Positions 1 through 11,615 of a DNA stretch of 64,000 nt are shown here, in pieces. The stretch covers positions 7,008,001 through 7,072,000 of the forward strand of contig CM075993.1 of the NCBI GenBank assembly GCA_038087875.1, written 5' to 3'. The first letter of the stretch is position 1; the number at the start of each line of letters is the position of its first letter. The notes below the pieces were generated by a model. That model made no database searches, was not told where the DNA came from, and saw nothing but the letters and a program-made list of their open reading frames with translations. Origin of the DNA: Malacoraja senta (Eukaryota). The position numbers and the translations under genes were made by a program.

Positions 1-470
1 TATAATCGGCACAGATATTGTGGGCCTAAGGGCCTGTTCCTGCGCTGTACCATGCTAAGTTCTGTGTCACATAAATCACGTGAGCGTGAATTTTATTCCA
101 TATCCAAAATATCTGGGTAGTGATTTGTCATCATCTACATGGAATCGCCAGCCCGCAAATTATGATTGATTTCCTTTGTCAGAGCACGAAGTGTGTGTGT
201 GTGAGTGTGTCTGTCTTTCTGTCTCTATGTCTGCATATGTATGTCTGTGTGAGACGAAAAGTTGGAGTAACTCAGCAGGTCAAGCAACATCTCTGGAGAA
301 AAGGAATAGTTGACGTTTTGGGTCGAGACCCTTCTTCAGACTCACAGGGGAAAGGGAAACAAGGTATATTATGGAAAAAATGAAAAAAGTTTAGTATATA
401 TATATGTGTGTGTGGGGATATATATGAAATTATATATATATACACGCACACACACACACACGCACATATA

Positions 471-2013
471 TCTATATTACTAAAAGTCTGATCTAGACCA
501 CTTACTGTTGTTCTGTATATTGATTTTAGAAAAAACACTGCCACTTACGGCTGTGATTTTTGGCCATCTTACTCAGAGTCCCCCTCCGCTGCGCAGGACA
601 AGAGGATTTTTCCCATCGATGAAAAATAAAAGAGTTATTAATGTTTAAAAAATGTTGAGATTCTCTCTCCTGAAGGCCACGCCCCTTCCGGAGGGACTAT
701 AAAACCCGGAAGTGTGGAGGTGCCTCAGTTCTCTGCAAGATGGGGGGAGCGAGAGGTCGCAATTCTCAGTCTGAGCTGTGAATAACACTGAACACATGTC
801 TACTAAACTGTGACCTGTCAGTGTCCTTAATGTGGTTTGAAAATGAAGTTTGAAAATGCAAAAGTGTGTTTTGGTTTGAAAGTGCTAAAGCTGTGTTGCC
901 TTTGGTTTTGAAAGTGCTAAAGCAAGCTGTGTTGCCTTTGGTTTTGAAAGTGTTAAAGCAAGCTCTGTTGCCTTTGGTTTTGAAAGTGCTAAAGCAAGCT
1001 GTGTTGCTTTTGGTTTTGAAAGTGCTACAGCAAGCTACCTTGCCTTTGGTTTTGAAAGTGCTAAAGCAAGCTGCCTTGCCTTTGGTTTTGAAAGTGCTAA
1101 AGCAAGCTGCCTTGCCTTTGGTTTTGAAAGTGCTAAAGCAAGCTGCCTTGCCTTTGGTTTTGAAAGCGAGCTGACTTGCTTTTGGTTTTGAAAGTACTAA
1201 AGCGAGCTGCCTTGCCTTTGGTTTTGAAATTGCTAAAGCGAGCTGCCTTGCCTTTGGTTTTGAAAGTGCTAAAGCTGCCTTGCCAAATTAGAGCTGCCTG
1301 GCCTAATTAGAGCTGCCTTGCCTTCTATATAATTAAACGTCTAATCTTGACCACTTGCGCATTATATTGATTTTAGTAAAAACGCTACCACGTATGGCTG
1401 TGATTTTTGTCCATCTTACTCAGAGTCCCCCTCCGCTGATCAAGTGCTAAGGATTTTTCCCATCGATGACGAATAAAAGAGTTATTAGTGTTTTAAAAAT
1501 GTTGAGATTCTCTCTCCTATCAATCACGCCATGAAGGCCACGCCCCTTCTGGTGGGAGGGGGGAGGGACTACAAAACCCGGAAGTGTGGACGTGAATCAG
1601 TCTCTGCAAGATGGGAGAGGTCACGACTCGCTGTCTTTAGTGGACTTGCACCCTGCTTGAAATGGTATGAAACTGCACTTGAATTTGGTGGCCTTGCACC
1701 CTGCTTGAAATGGAATTTCAAGGAATAGCCGTGAGTCAACTGCCAGCTCACCAGCCGTGAGTGAGTGAGTGAGCTGCCAGCACAACAGGCTTGAGTGACT
1801 GAGCCGCCAGCCCAAGAATCCATTCGGCCCACAATGTCCATACTAGCCCTCTGGAAACCAGTCCCTTCAGCGCACAACACCCATACTAGCGCTCCAGAAA
1901 ACCCCCCTCCCCACTGGCCACCAAAATTGGAATTGGTGGAGAGGTGGAATATTGCGTTGGGGGATCAGCCCTCCCATGTGATGCTGGGACCCAACGGGTC
2001 CCACTTAGTCTAG
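471..2013 (+). mobile_element. Non-autonomous Helitron, composite (two 5' modules)
   Basis: Starts A|TCTATATTACTAAAA at 471 and ends CTAG|T at 2010-2013. Subterminal hairpin TGGGACCC-AAC-GGGTCCCA at 1985-2003. No TSD; inserted in a TA/CA microsatellite. A second homologous 5' module starts at about 1324. Confidence 0.85.
866..1320. repeat. 36-bp tandem array (about 11 copies, unit TTGCCTTTGGTTTTGAAAGTGCTAAAGCAAGCTGCC) inside the Helitron
   Basis: Head-to-tail repeats with no spacers; produces the repetitive LPLVLKVLKQAA ORF at 866-1174. Confidence 0.95.
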
Positions 2014-2074
2014 TATATATATTTGTGTGTGTGTGTGTGTGTGTATTTGTGAGTATGTGTATATATATATACAC

Positions 2075-2181
2075 ACTGAGCTTTTTTCTCTCTCTTGTTT
2101 ATCATATTGTTTACAGTGTACTATGTTTACATATTATGTTGTGCTGCAGCAAGTAAGAATTTCATTGTTCTATCTGGGACA
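2075..2181 (+). mobile_element. Rex1/Babar-type LINE 3' tail fragment, continues at 3352-3370
   Basis: TGTTGTGCTGCAGCAAGTAAGAATTTCATTGTTC...ACAATAAAACACTC motif shared with about 3620-3685 and 14575-14910. Confidence 0.6.
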
Positions 2182-3351
2182 TCTCTATAATAATAAAAGT
2201 CTTCCTATTGTTTGTGTTTCTGCCCACGATGTGCCTCTGTGTCAATTTGGTTATCCTATCTTCTTCCAAATGCGAGGCCACAGCCTTCCCATTCTCACAC
2301 ATCCTACTCACATTTTTCCCATGGTGGTGATAAACATCTTCCTGTCGCATTCCCACCTATATTTCTGAAGTTATTAATCCTTTAAATTAAAAAACAACCC
2401 CAAAAACTCACCCAATTCGGGAAAAAAATCCGAATGACATCACAATGCACTCGCAAGGCAGGACGGGACACTCCAGGAGGGAGGGGTACTCCAGCTTTCG
2501 TGATGAACGAGGAGTGGCGGCAGCTACCGAAGCCCTATGGCTGCCCGGTACCTGGTGGGGAGGGGGTGCCGCGGGCTGGGCCTGGGCTGGAGCCGAGCCT
2601 GGTGCTGGAGCTGGAGTGATGGCCGAGCCCGGGACTTGGGATGGGGCCATGACCGGGGCCGAGAAAGAAGCTGCCGCTGGAACCAAGGATGAGCCTGGGT
2701 CCGGGGTCAGGGACGAGTCCGGAGATGAAGTCGGGGCCTGGACTGGAGCCCAGGCGGTGGCCATGCTGACGGCTGGAGTCTACAGCCCGGGTCATGCCGA
2801 GTACGAGAACCTGGCTGTTCCAGTCCCTGACGCTGCTCTACAACCAGGGTAGGTGCTGGGGCAGGGAATGGGAGTGAGGGGAGGAGGATGAGGGAAATGA
2901 GGAGAGAGATGGGTGGTAGCGAGAGATGGGGGCTGTGGAGGAGGGATATGAGGAGGGGTGGAGGAGGGAGATGGGGTGGAGGAGGGAGATGGGGTGGGGA
3001 AAGATCCTGGGGAGGTGAGGAGGGAGGATTGAGGGAGGGTAGTTGCCATGTCTACACTCCCTCTTTCGCCCCCATCTACCCTCACTCCCACCCTCCCTCC
3101 CTTGCCCTCTTCACCCTTCCTCTCCCCCCACTCTACCCCTCTCCCTCTCAACCCTCCCTCTCTACCCGTCCTCTCTCTCTATCACCCCTCCCTCTCTAGG
3201 GATTAAAGAAGGTGAAGAGGAGGGACTGCTGGAGCCGCGCCTGCGCAGTTGGGGGCTACGCGTAATTGGTGCAATATTGTGTTGGGGGAACGGGTGAGTG
3301 GTGGAATCTTGCGTTGGGGGAGCAGCCCCAACGGGTCTGCACTTGGTCTAG
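2182..3351 (+). mobile_element. Non-autonomous Helitron
   Basis: A|TCTCTATAATAATAAAA start and CTAG|T end at 3348-3351. Subterminal hairpin GCAGCCCC-AAC-GGGTCTGC. It splits a LINE tail (GGGACA|TATGGCAATAAAACACTC) whose uninterrupted form lies on the minus strand at about 14578-14640. Confidence 0.88.
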
Positions 3352-3384
3352 TATGGCAATAAAACACTCTTTACCCTTATATAA

Positions 3385-3402
3385 GTGTATGTATGTGTGT
3401 CA

Positions 3403-3440
<38 letters not shown>

Positions 3441-3872
3441 ATATATACATATACACACACTCACATATGTATATATATGCTTTATATATTATACATATAT
3501 TTTATGTTATATATATATATATATATATAAGTACTCTGTAACCAATATAATAAACGAAAACGAGTTATATATGTTTTATTTTCGTTTATTACATTTTTTT
3601 AGAGAGTACTAAGTTAACATATTCTGTTGTGCAGCTGCAAGTATGTCATTGTTCTGTTTGGAATCTATGACAATAAAACACTCTCAGTCTGTTAACAACT
3701 CTCTGAAGCGCTTTGGGGCTTTAAAACCACGTCAAATGCAGGTCAGTGAGGAAAAGATAGACTGTGGGGGTAAAGATATCCAACCACGATTCAGATGATT
3801 TATATATAAATGGATATATGTGTGTGTGTGTGTGTGTATATAGATATATATATATATACACACACACACATA
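3385..3872. repeat. (TA)n/(TG)n/(CA)n microsatellite clusters (3385-3530, 3800-3872; others at 390-470 and 2014-2075)
   Basis: Dinucleotide runs directly visible. Confidence 0.9.
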
Positions 3873-3874
3873 TC

Positions 3875-4420
3875 GTGCGAGGTGCGCTTTCTATCAACGG
3901 ACGAACCTGGTCAGCCGTCGCCATCGCGCGTCGAGGCGCCGGGCGAGCTCCCCCTCATCTCCCCTTCATCTCCCCTCCCCTTCCTTCATGGTGCCGCGCA
4001 GGCGCAGGTTTGGGGTCTGGCGCCGACTAACCGCCGTTGAGCCGCGCGAGACGGCCCCGCCCCCCACGCCAGGACGCGCGCGCGGTGGGGGCGGGGGCGA
4101 GTGCGAATGCGCGTGCCCGAGCCCGAGCCCCGAGTCCGCGTGCCCGAGCGCGGCCGTTCGGCGCTGGAAGGCAGAGGCTTAGGGAATGCTGGTTCGGTCG
4201 GAGCCACGTGACCCGCTGCTGCCACGGTCGAGAGACGGGATGTAAATGGTAACTTGTGAGCGAGCGAGTGTGCGTGCGTGTGTGGTAGAGTGGAGGGCAG
4301 GGCAGGGCAGTGAGTGTGAGCTGGCGTGTCAGCAGTGTTAGGAGGCCCCGAGTGAGGTTGAGGAGGTTGCGGCTACACAACGGCAAACAATGGGCCTTGC
4401 TCTCGGCTCGGGTCACAACC
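3875..4420. promoter_or_regulatory. CpG island / putative promoter and first exon of an unidentified host gene
   Basis: Unique, very GC- and CpG-rich sequence. GC boxes at about 4055-4064 and 4088-4097, E-box CACGTG at 4205-4210, candidate donor ATG|GTAACT at 4248/4249, followed by GT-rich intron-like sequence. Confidence 0.75.
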
Positions 4421-6549
4421 CCTATGTGTGTGTATGTATGTCTCAGTCTATCTGTCTCCCTTCACAGGCCTCTTGTTTAAATCTTGTTTTTCTCTGGGAG
4501 ATCGGGCATATCTTTCTGTGGTGTGCAAGTTTCAGTGCCTGCTTGACAGTTTCATGGCTGCCTCTTTACTTTATCATAGTGACTCCATGATTGATTTCTG
4601 AAGCTTCCAGATTATTTGCATTCGTATTTTGTGCCTTTTAATTTTCCTTCTGCACGCCTTAGTCATTGAAGGGGAAGATTTTAGTTTCGTCGTTATATGT
4701 ATCCCTAAACCGAAGAATTGTAATTTGTCTCATTTTTCTGTGTAAAAAAAAGGCGAATGTTACACCTATAATTTTCACTTTACAGGAATTGATGACTTAT
4801 TTTATTATATTTACCTATTGTTTACATCAGTGATTCTCTTTTGTCACTAGATATAAAAGGTTAATTCTTAACCTGAATTCCATACATGTAGTACTGAAGT
4901 ACATGTCCATAGTGTACTTAGCAATGATTTGTTGCATATGATTTTCAATATATAGTGATTGTCAAAAAAAAATTCGTGGATGGTTTGAAAGTTTGTTCGT
5001 ACATGTCATTGTGCAAGAAAGTAAGATAACCAAACAGTGGTAATGTTCTGCTGGATTTGCATTTTCTAATAAATCAAATAATGAGAATCATTAAAAATGT
5101 GGGCAAAAGGGAGTTAAATACAATGCCTCTTCATCCACAATGAAATGGATGGGGGGGGGGGGGAGAGAGAGCGTGCTGGAAACTCTTAATAGTTGTCAGA
5201 TTATGTGGAAAGAGCATGCAATTCTTGGTCAGAACTGTCAATGTGTAATGGGCCTAATTGAGCACATTTTTAAGTTTGGACTTTTGAATGTCAACAAATA
5301 TGGATTCATAGCTGAACTGAGAACAAGGTGGTGGATAGTTTATTTAACCAGGATTTTTCGTTCCTAATCACAGTGACTTTGTAATTATAGTTGCTATTGT
5401 CTTAAAGGCTGAAGAACTTTAGTTAACTTTGTTGTGGTTTGGACAAATGCCAGCTATCATAGCTGCGCCTGGTCCTAATTGTATCCATTCCATGTAAAAA
5501 AAAATCCATCTTATTATTTCATTTTATTCTGTCTTAATTTCTATCTACTTATTTTGCTAACATTATTTTATTGCCTATGCTTAATCTCCTAGATTTTCAC
5601 TTTTGTTTCCATGTTAGCCAGTCATATCCAGACTGCAGTTAGCATATTGAGGTGAGGCGTGGTTTGATTGTAACAAAACCAAATATGTTGTAGCAGCTAC
5701 TATCTACTTGGCACTTTCAGAAACCTTTGCTCACATCTGTTGATTTTTCCCTTCACCTCATCTCTCTTTCCCTTCCCCCCAACCATGTCCACGTCCTTAT
5801 ATTGCTGCAGTAAGAAAGCTGAGTGGTATAATCCAGAGACAAGAGACTGCAGATGATAGAATCTTGAGTTTCAAAAAAAATAAACTACTGGAGGAACACA
5901 GCAGGTCAGGTTTAGGTTTATCATTGTCACGTACAGTGAAAGGTACAGTGAAAATCGTTTTGCATGATGTCAAATCAAAGTCAGATAATAGTTTACATAA
6001 ATACAATCAATGCAAATTCAAGTATAATAGGAAGTGAAAGACACTGAGTGCAGAATATAGTTCTAGAATTTACAGATCGAAAAGGTTTTTAAAGTGTTGG
6101 GCGATTGTATCAGATAATACTAGATCCTCCTCTGGGACCTGCATGCAAAAAGTCGCCACGCTCCTCATCTCATCATCCGGCAGCATATGTGGTGGGGGGG
6201 GGAATGAACAGAAAACATTTTGTGTCAGGACTGAAGAAGGGTTCTGACCCGAAACGTTTCTGCCTAATTCCCTCACAGATGCTGCCTGACCCACTGAGTT
6301 TCTCCAGGCGTATAATTCAGAGCTAATTTTAAGGTTCGTTTCTGCAGTTCAGCAAGAAAAATATTTGCATTAAGGCTGTAAATCTCACATCACCTGAATG
6401 TGCCAAAGTGCATGGCAATCATTAAATTTATTTTGCCTCGGTTTGAAAATCATGTATACAAGACCCATTGAGGAGGCACATAATTTCAGCTACAATTCCA
6501 TTGCAGTTTTGATGGAGCACAACATTTCAGTTGAAATGCGAGGTGATAA

Positions 6550-6980
6550 ACTGCATTAGAGATTTAAGCAACCCCATGGCACTATTTAAGAAAAGAGAGG
6601 TATATTTTCCTGGTCTTCTGGCCAACATTTATCCCTTAACAAACATTAAATCAGATTTATTCTATTTCTTTGTGGAACCTTACTGTACCCAAAAGATAGG
6701 AATTCAGCGGGACAGGCAGCATCTCTGGAGAGAAGGAATGGGTGACGTTTCGGGTTGACCAGTCTGAAGCAGGGTCTCGACCCGAAACGTCACCCATTCC
6801 TCTACTCCAGAGATGCTGCCTGTCCCGCTGAGTTATTCCAGCTTTTTGTGTCTATCTTCGGCTTAAACCAGCATCTGCAGTTCCTTCTTAAACACTTACT
6901 GTGCCCAAAATTGTCTGCAGCATTCCCTCAGAATGCCCTTCCGGATCACTCTATTCGTGTTGAAAAAAACTTTAAGGCTA
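6550..6980 (+). mobile_element. Ancient Deu-domain SINE relic, interrupted by a PLE derivative at 6695-6894
   Basis: CCCATGGCACTATTT...AAGAG...TGGCCAACATTTATCCCT resembles the Deu core. Similar relics at about 50690-50950 and 53060-53280. Confidence 0.5.
6695..6894 (+). mobile_element. Fold-back PLE-derived short element with hammerhead-like core
   Basis: Inverted arms around CTGAAGCAGGGTCTCGACCCGAAACGTC. 16-bp TSD CTTACTGT(A/G)CCCAAAA at 6679-6694 and 6895-6910. Confidence 0.8.
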
Positions 6981-7790
6981 TGATAATGGCTATAACCTTT
7001 TGAAACATGGTCTTGTATTTAGTTTGTAACCAAACAGTAATTTGGATAATTGATCAAATAATTTATTTTGACTGTTGATTGAAAGGGAAATTGTGGTTAG
7101 GATAGTATGAAAATCATGCTCTGATAGATCTACAGTTAAAACGTTATGCAAAGGTTGTGGCCCTCGACTTAGTGAGTAGTTCTCTAACAAATTGAATAGC
7201 ATTAGATTTAGTCACTGAATATCAGACAAGTTGTTAGTCACTCACTCAATGAGAGAGGTTTTGCAGTTAACATCAAGTGTTCTCGCTCATGGCATACAGG
7301 AAGTTTGTGGGTTGAAAGTTCAATTTTTAACTGTTTACTTTGTGTTGGTGTAGAAATGATTCTAAAAAACTATTATCCACACAGTACAAAGTAACAAAGA
7401 TATAAGATTAAGAAGTTCAGTTTAGTACCACATAAACTTGATGTTCATGAGGCACCAAGATATGATTTGTAAATTAAGGTAAAGTTAGCAAGATAACTAT
7501 TTTTAAATATTGTTAAATGGGATATAATGTGGTGATGTAATATTTATAATCCCTCAACATGCTGAAGTGATTTTTGTTTGTTGGAAGTTTTTATTACTGC
7601 ATCATTCTTCGTTACCTTCTTCCCAAGTGGCTTCGTCCGTTAATGAAGTGAATAACTGAATTGTACAGGCCAGGCAAATCCTAAATTTTATCCTTGTAGA
7701 TTGACTAGAGCAGCAAATTGATAGGGAAAAATCAAATTGGCCAGGGTTCATTACCCACTGACATTATCGGAAGGATGTGGACATAGACAA

Positions 7791-8781
7791 ATGGATGTGG
7801 ACTGGACTTCCACTGCTATGCTGATGACACCCAGATCTATCTCAGCACCAAGTCCCCCCACCACCCCCCTCTCTCCCATATCAACTCCTGCCTATCAGCC
7901 ATCAAATCTTGGATGCAACTCAACTTCCTTAAATTAAACAGTAGCAAAACAGAATTTCTCCTCATTGGCTCCAAATCAACACTCACTAAAATTAACAACC
8001 CCACTCTCACTATCGACGGCACCACTGTCTCCCCATCTCCTCAGGCACGCAACCTTGGCGTGATCCTTGACTCAACCCTCTCCCTTGAGCCTCACATCCG
8101 CCATGTTGTCAAAACATCATTTTTTTACCTCCGCAACATTGCAAAAATCAGATCGTCTCTTACACCCCCCACTGCTGAAAGACTCATCCATGCCTTCATC
8201 TCCTCCCGACTGGACTACTGTAACTCTCTTCTTTTCGGAATCAATTCCAGCAGCATCAAACGACTCCAACTGGTCCAAAATGCAGCCGCTCGACTCATTA
8301 CCCACACCAAATCCTGGCACCACATCACCCCAGTTCTCAAAGAACTTCACTGGCTTCCCATTTCCCACCGGATCACCTACAAAATCCTGGTCCTCACCTA
8401 CAAAGCCCTCAACAACCTGGCCCCCCCTTATCTCATTGACCTCCTCTCCCCCTACCAACCCTCACAGTCCCTCAGATCCACATCAGCTGGTCTCCTCTCC
8501 ACTCCGAAATCAAACCTCTGCACCTTTGGAGGCAGAGCCTTCTCCAGGGCAGCTCCCAGGCTCTGGAATTCCCTCCCACAACCGGTCCGAAATTCTGAGT
8601 CCCTCACCATCTTCCAGTCCCGCCTCAAGACCCATCTCTTCACGTCTGCATACCCTTAGTCCCATGTTCCCCTCCCCTCTGTCTTACTGCTCTATTTTGT
8701 TTTGTTTATTCCTGACTCTCAATTGTAAAGCGACTTTGAGTCCTGAAAAGCGCTATATAAATAAAATCTATTATTATTATT
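7791..8781 (+). mobile_element. 5'-truncated L2-clade LINE (RT C-terminal half and 3' tail), young
   Basis: FHCYADDTQIY motif (YADD at 7817-7828) is in frame with ORF 7913-8659 (NLGVILDS, SRLDYCNSLL, LQLVQNAAAR, LHWLP). (TTA)n tail. 8-bp TSD ATAGACAA at 7783-7790 and 8782-8789. Confidence 0.92.
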
Positions 8782-11329
8782 ATAGACAAGAAAATTATTA
8801 GCCCTATTTTTGAGTGATCTGCTAATACTCATCAAACCTTGTGCTTAAAGTGTACTTTGCTGAGGGACAAGATAGTAACTAATAACTATGTAATTAATGC
8901 GGCAAGCAATCGATACATTTAGTCGAAATTGGAGGGGGGAAAATGTCCTCCTCTGGTTTTGTCACCTCAATGTATCACAAGAGTGTTTTATTCTGTAATT
9001 CTCAACTCGCCAGTTTAACATCACTTACCAGACAGCATTTGGTCTGCCTGTGGAAGTTTGAAGTGTTCAGTCATATGGGTTTTTGTAGCAGAGAGCTGTG
9101 ATGATGCTCAGCTCTTAGCTTTTCTAGTGATTGTTAGATGGTGAACAAGGTGGGAACCTTCACAAATCCTCTTTGACCTATGTCAGTGGATGTTAGAAAT
9201 AAAACCAATCTCTGTGGACAATTTATATAATATATATTACCTATTGATTTCTTGCAAAAGAAAAATGTTGATCGGCTGATTATTTTTTTGGATGTTTTGA
9301 AATGTTGGGTTATCCGCATGCCAAGAGGCACTTCTCAAGGGAAGAGATGGCCCATGATGCCAATGCTGAGAAGGCTCTCGATCCGAAAAGTCACCCATTT
9401 CTTCTCTCCAGGAATGCTGCCTGTCCCGCTGATTTACTCCGGCATTTTGTGTCTGCCAAGGCTGAGAGTTGTTTAGAGCAAAGCAGACGTGTGAAAATTT
9501 GTATGTCATGATCCAGGGTAGATAAAATTTGAATGTAGAAGGAACAATTGACCGAGTTAAAGGAAACGAAAGTGCTAACAGGTTTCATATAACTGGGCGA
9601 TTCAATAAGCCAATGAAAACATGAGAAAAAAGTGCAGAACAAGCCTTTTCTGAGATAAAATATGCCTTGGGCGCTGGGAGTGGGCGTGTAAGCATTTTAA
9701 AGCAGCCAGCTTGATGTCTCAAAATTGTTATGGTAAACCCGTATGTGAAGCAGTAATGAGAAATGAAGCATTCATTTTTGGGGGAACCCATTTTATTAAT
9801 ATGAAACAAAACTGCAAAATTTGTGTTAAATATCGTTTAAAATTGCAATAGCAGTAAAACTTGCATTATAGCAATTATGGCAGAAACTACTCTTGGAAAA
9901 ATTGGATCATAAGTGAAAAGTCCACAGTGTCACATGTGAATGCTGGACATTTGTAAAATAAAAATTGTTTTGTTGTACAATTGGATTCTTTATAGAATTT
10001 ATTCCAGCTTTTAATTTTGATTTCCAAATGCAAGCTTGTTCTTTGCATATGCAGTTAATCTTCTTCATGCAGAAATGTGAACTTGTCAAACCCAAATGAT
10101 CAGCTGCTACTGTTCTTATAACCCATCTTCTAGAATCATTATAGATGTTATCAATCTACCTTCAACTCCTTCCAATGATTTTTTTGCTCTGCAGGAAGCA
10201 CAGGCTGCAGCATTGTATTTGTAGACGATTCACAAATGTGGTGAATCTCACAAATCGTTCTGCAGATTATGGGCAGCAATTATGATGGTAATTCCTTTCC
10301 TGAGCTAGTTATTATTGACAGAGCTTCTATCCGAAGATAAGTTGAAGGAGAAAGGACAGAAATTTTCTATCCATCTAAATATTCCTAAATACCTAAATAG
10401 TCCGCCATTGAAAAATTATATATGAATGCATCTTTTGGCTTTTCTGGGAGATTTTTCTGATGTAGAAATGGACATGAGAACATGGAAAGCAGCTGTTTTC
10501 CATTTTACTGTAACTTGGATGCAGCATGTGTCGTGTTTATTTATTCCAATCTAATGGCTGAAGGAGTAGACAACATTGGAAGATTTTGTTTAAAGAATAT
10601 TGTGCAAAAGAATTGGGGCGGCACAATGATATTCTTAAAAAAATGTAATTCTGAAACATTTTTCCAGTCACAAGAGCAGTTAGTCTTTTACCATGGCTTT
10701 CATGTGTTTCAGGAAATGGTGGATCAAAATTCGTATATCTGACCAATTGTGTCAAAATGCACTGTTAGTGGAGTCTATTCTACCTTTCCTGTTATGTAAT
10801 TCTGGAGAATTTTACTTCATGGTAGAGCTGTATTTTTTTTCCTGTTAATGTATGTGCTCATTGTTTTCAAGTATCTCCATGCCTCTATAATTTCTCTATA
10901 AGGTCCTGCAAACCTTTGACACTACGGACCACCTCTTGCACGACCATGGACTTGTTTTCTAATTGTGTTTTTGTACTAATGTTGTTTCGCACTGTCTATG
11001 GGATAATATATTTTATGTGTGGCTATGTAATGCTGCTGCAAATGAGACGTTCAATGTACCTGAACCTCACTATACGTGCATATGACGATAAATTCAACTT
11101 GACTTGACTTGCTGATTTTAAGGACCCTCACAGCTTGGGATCATGTCCTCAAAGACACAACCCTCAGTGGTACAAGAATTACCCACATAAACCCCTCAGA
11201 TTTTTCTTCCCATCTGCCTTTCTTAAACTCCTGAAAATATCACTTTTGGTCATATGACCTTATGCCATTGTGTCCTTTAATTTAACAAAATCCTGAGATT
11301 TTCCTTTGCTGAAAGTGCTATACAATGCA

Positions 11330-11615
11330 AGTCAATGGGCGCAGCTGGTAGACCTGCTGCCTTGCAACGTCAGAAACCCGGGTTTGATCTTGACCTTGGG
11401 TGCTGCCAGTGTGGAGTTTGCACGTTCTCTCTGTGACTGCGTGGGTCTCCCCTGGGCGCTCCACTCTCCTACCACATCACAAAGATGTAGGGGTTTGTAA
11501 AATGGCGTCTGTAAAATTGCCCCTAGTGTATAGGGAGTGGATGAGAAAGTAGGATAATATAGAACTAGTGTGATGGTCTGAGTGGTGGGCCATCGCCCAT
11601 GCTGTATCTCTAAAC
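11330..11615 (+). mobile_element. tRNA-derived V-type SINE (HE1-like) with CR1-like tail
   Basis: A/B-box-like head (GCGCAGCTGGTAG...GGTTTGATC), GTGGAGTTTGCACGTTCTC core, GCTGTATCTCTAAAC tail. Confidence 0.75.

Noticed and set aside
866..1320. 36-bp repeats as a CRISPR array, or the 102-aa LPLVLKVLKQAA ORF as a gene
   Set aside because: Units are head-to-tail with no unique spacers, there are no cas genes and the context is eukaryotic. The ORF follows from a unit length divisible by 3 and has no true ATG start.
3986..4416. Ala/Arg-rich ORFs in the CpG island
   Set aside because: GC-rich sequence lacks stops; starts are mostly non-ATG and no protein is recognisable.
7913..8659. 248-aa ORF as a host gene or domesticated RT
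   Set aside because: It is the C-terminal part of a 5'-truncated L2 with tail and TSD, and lacks the N-terminal RT motifs and the endonuclease.
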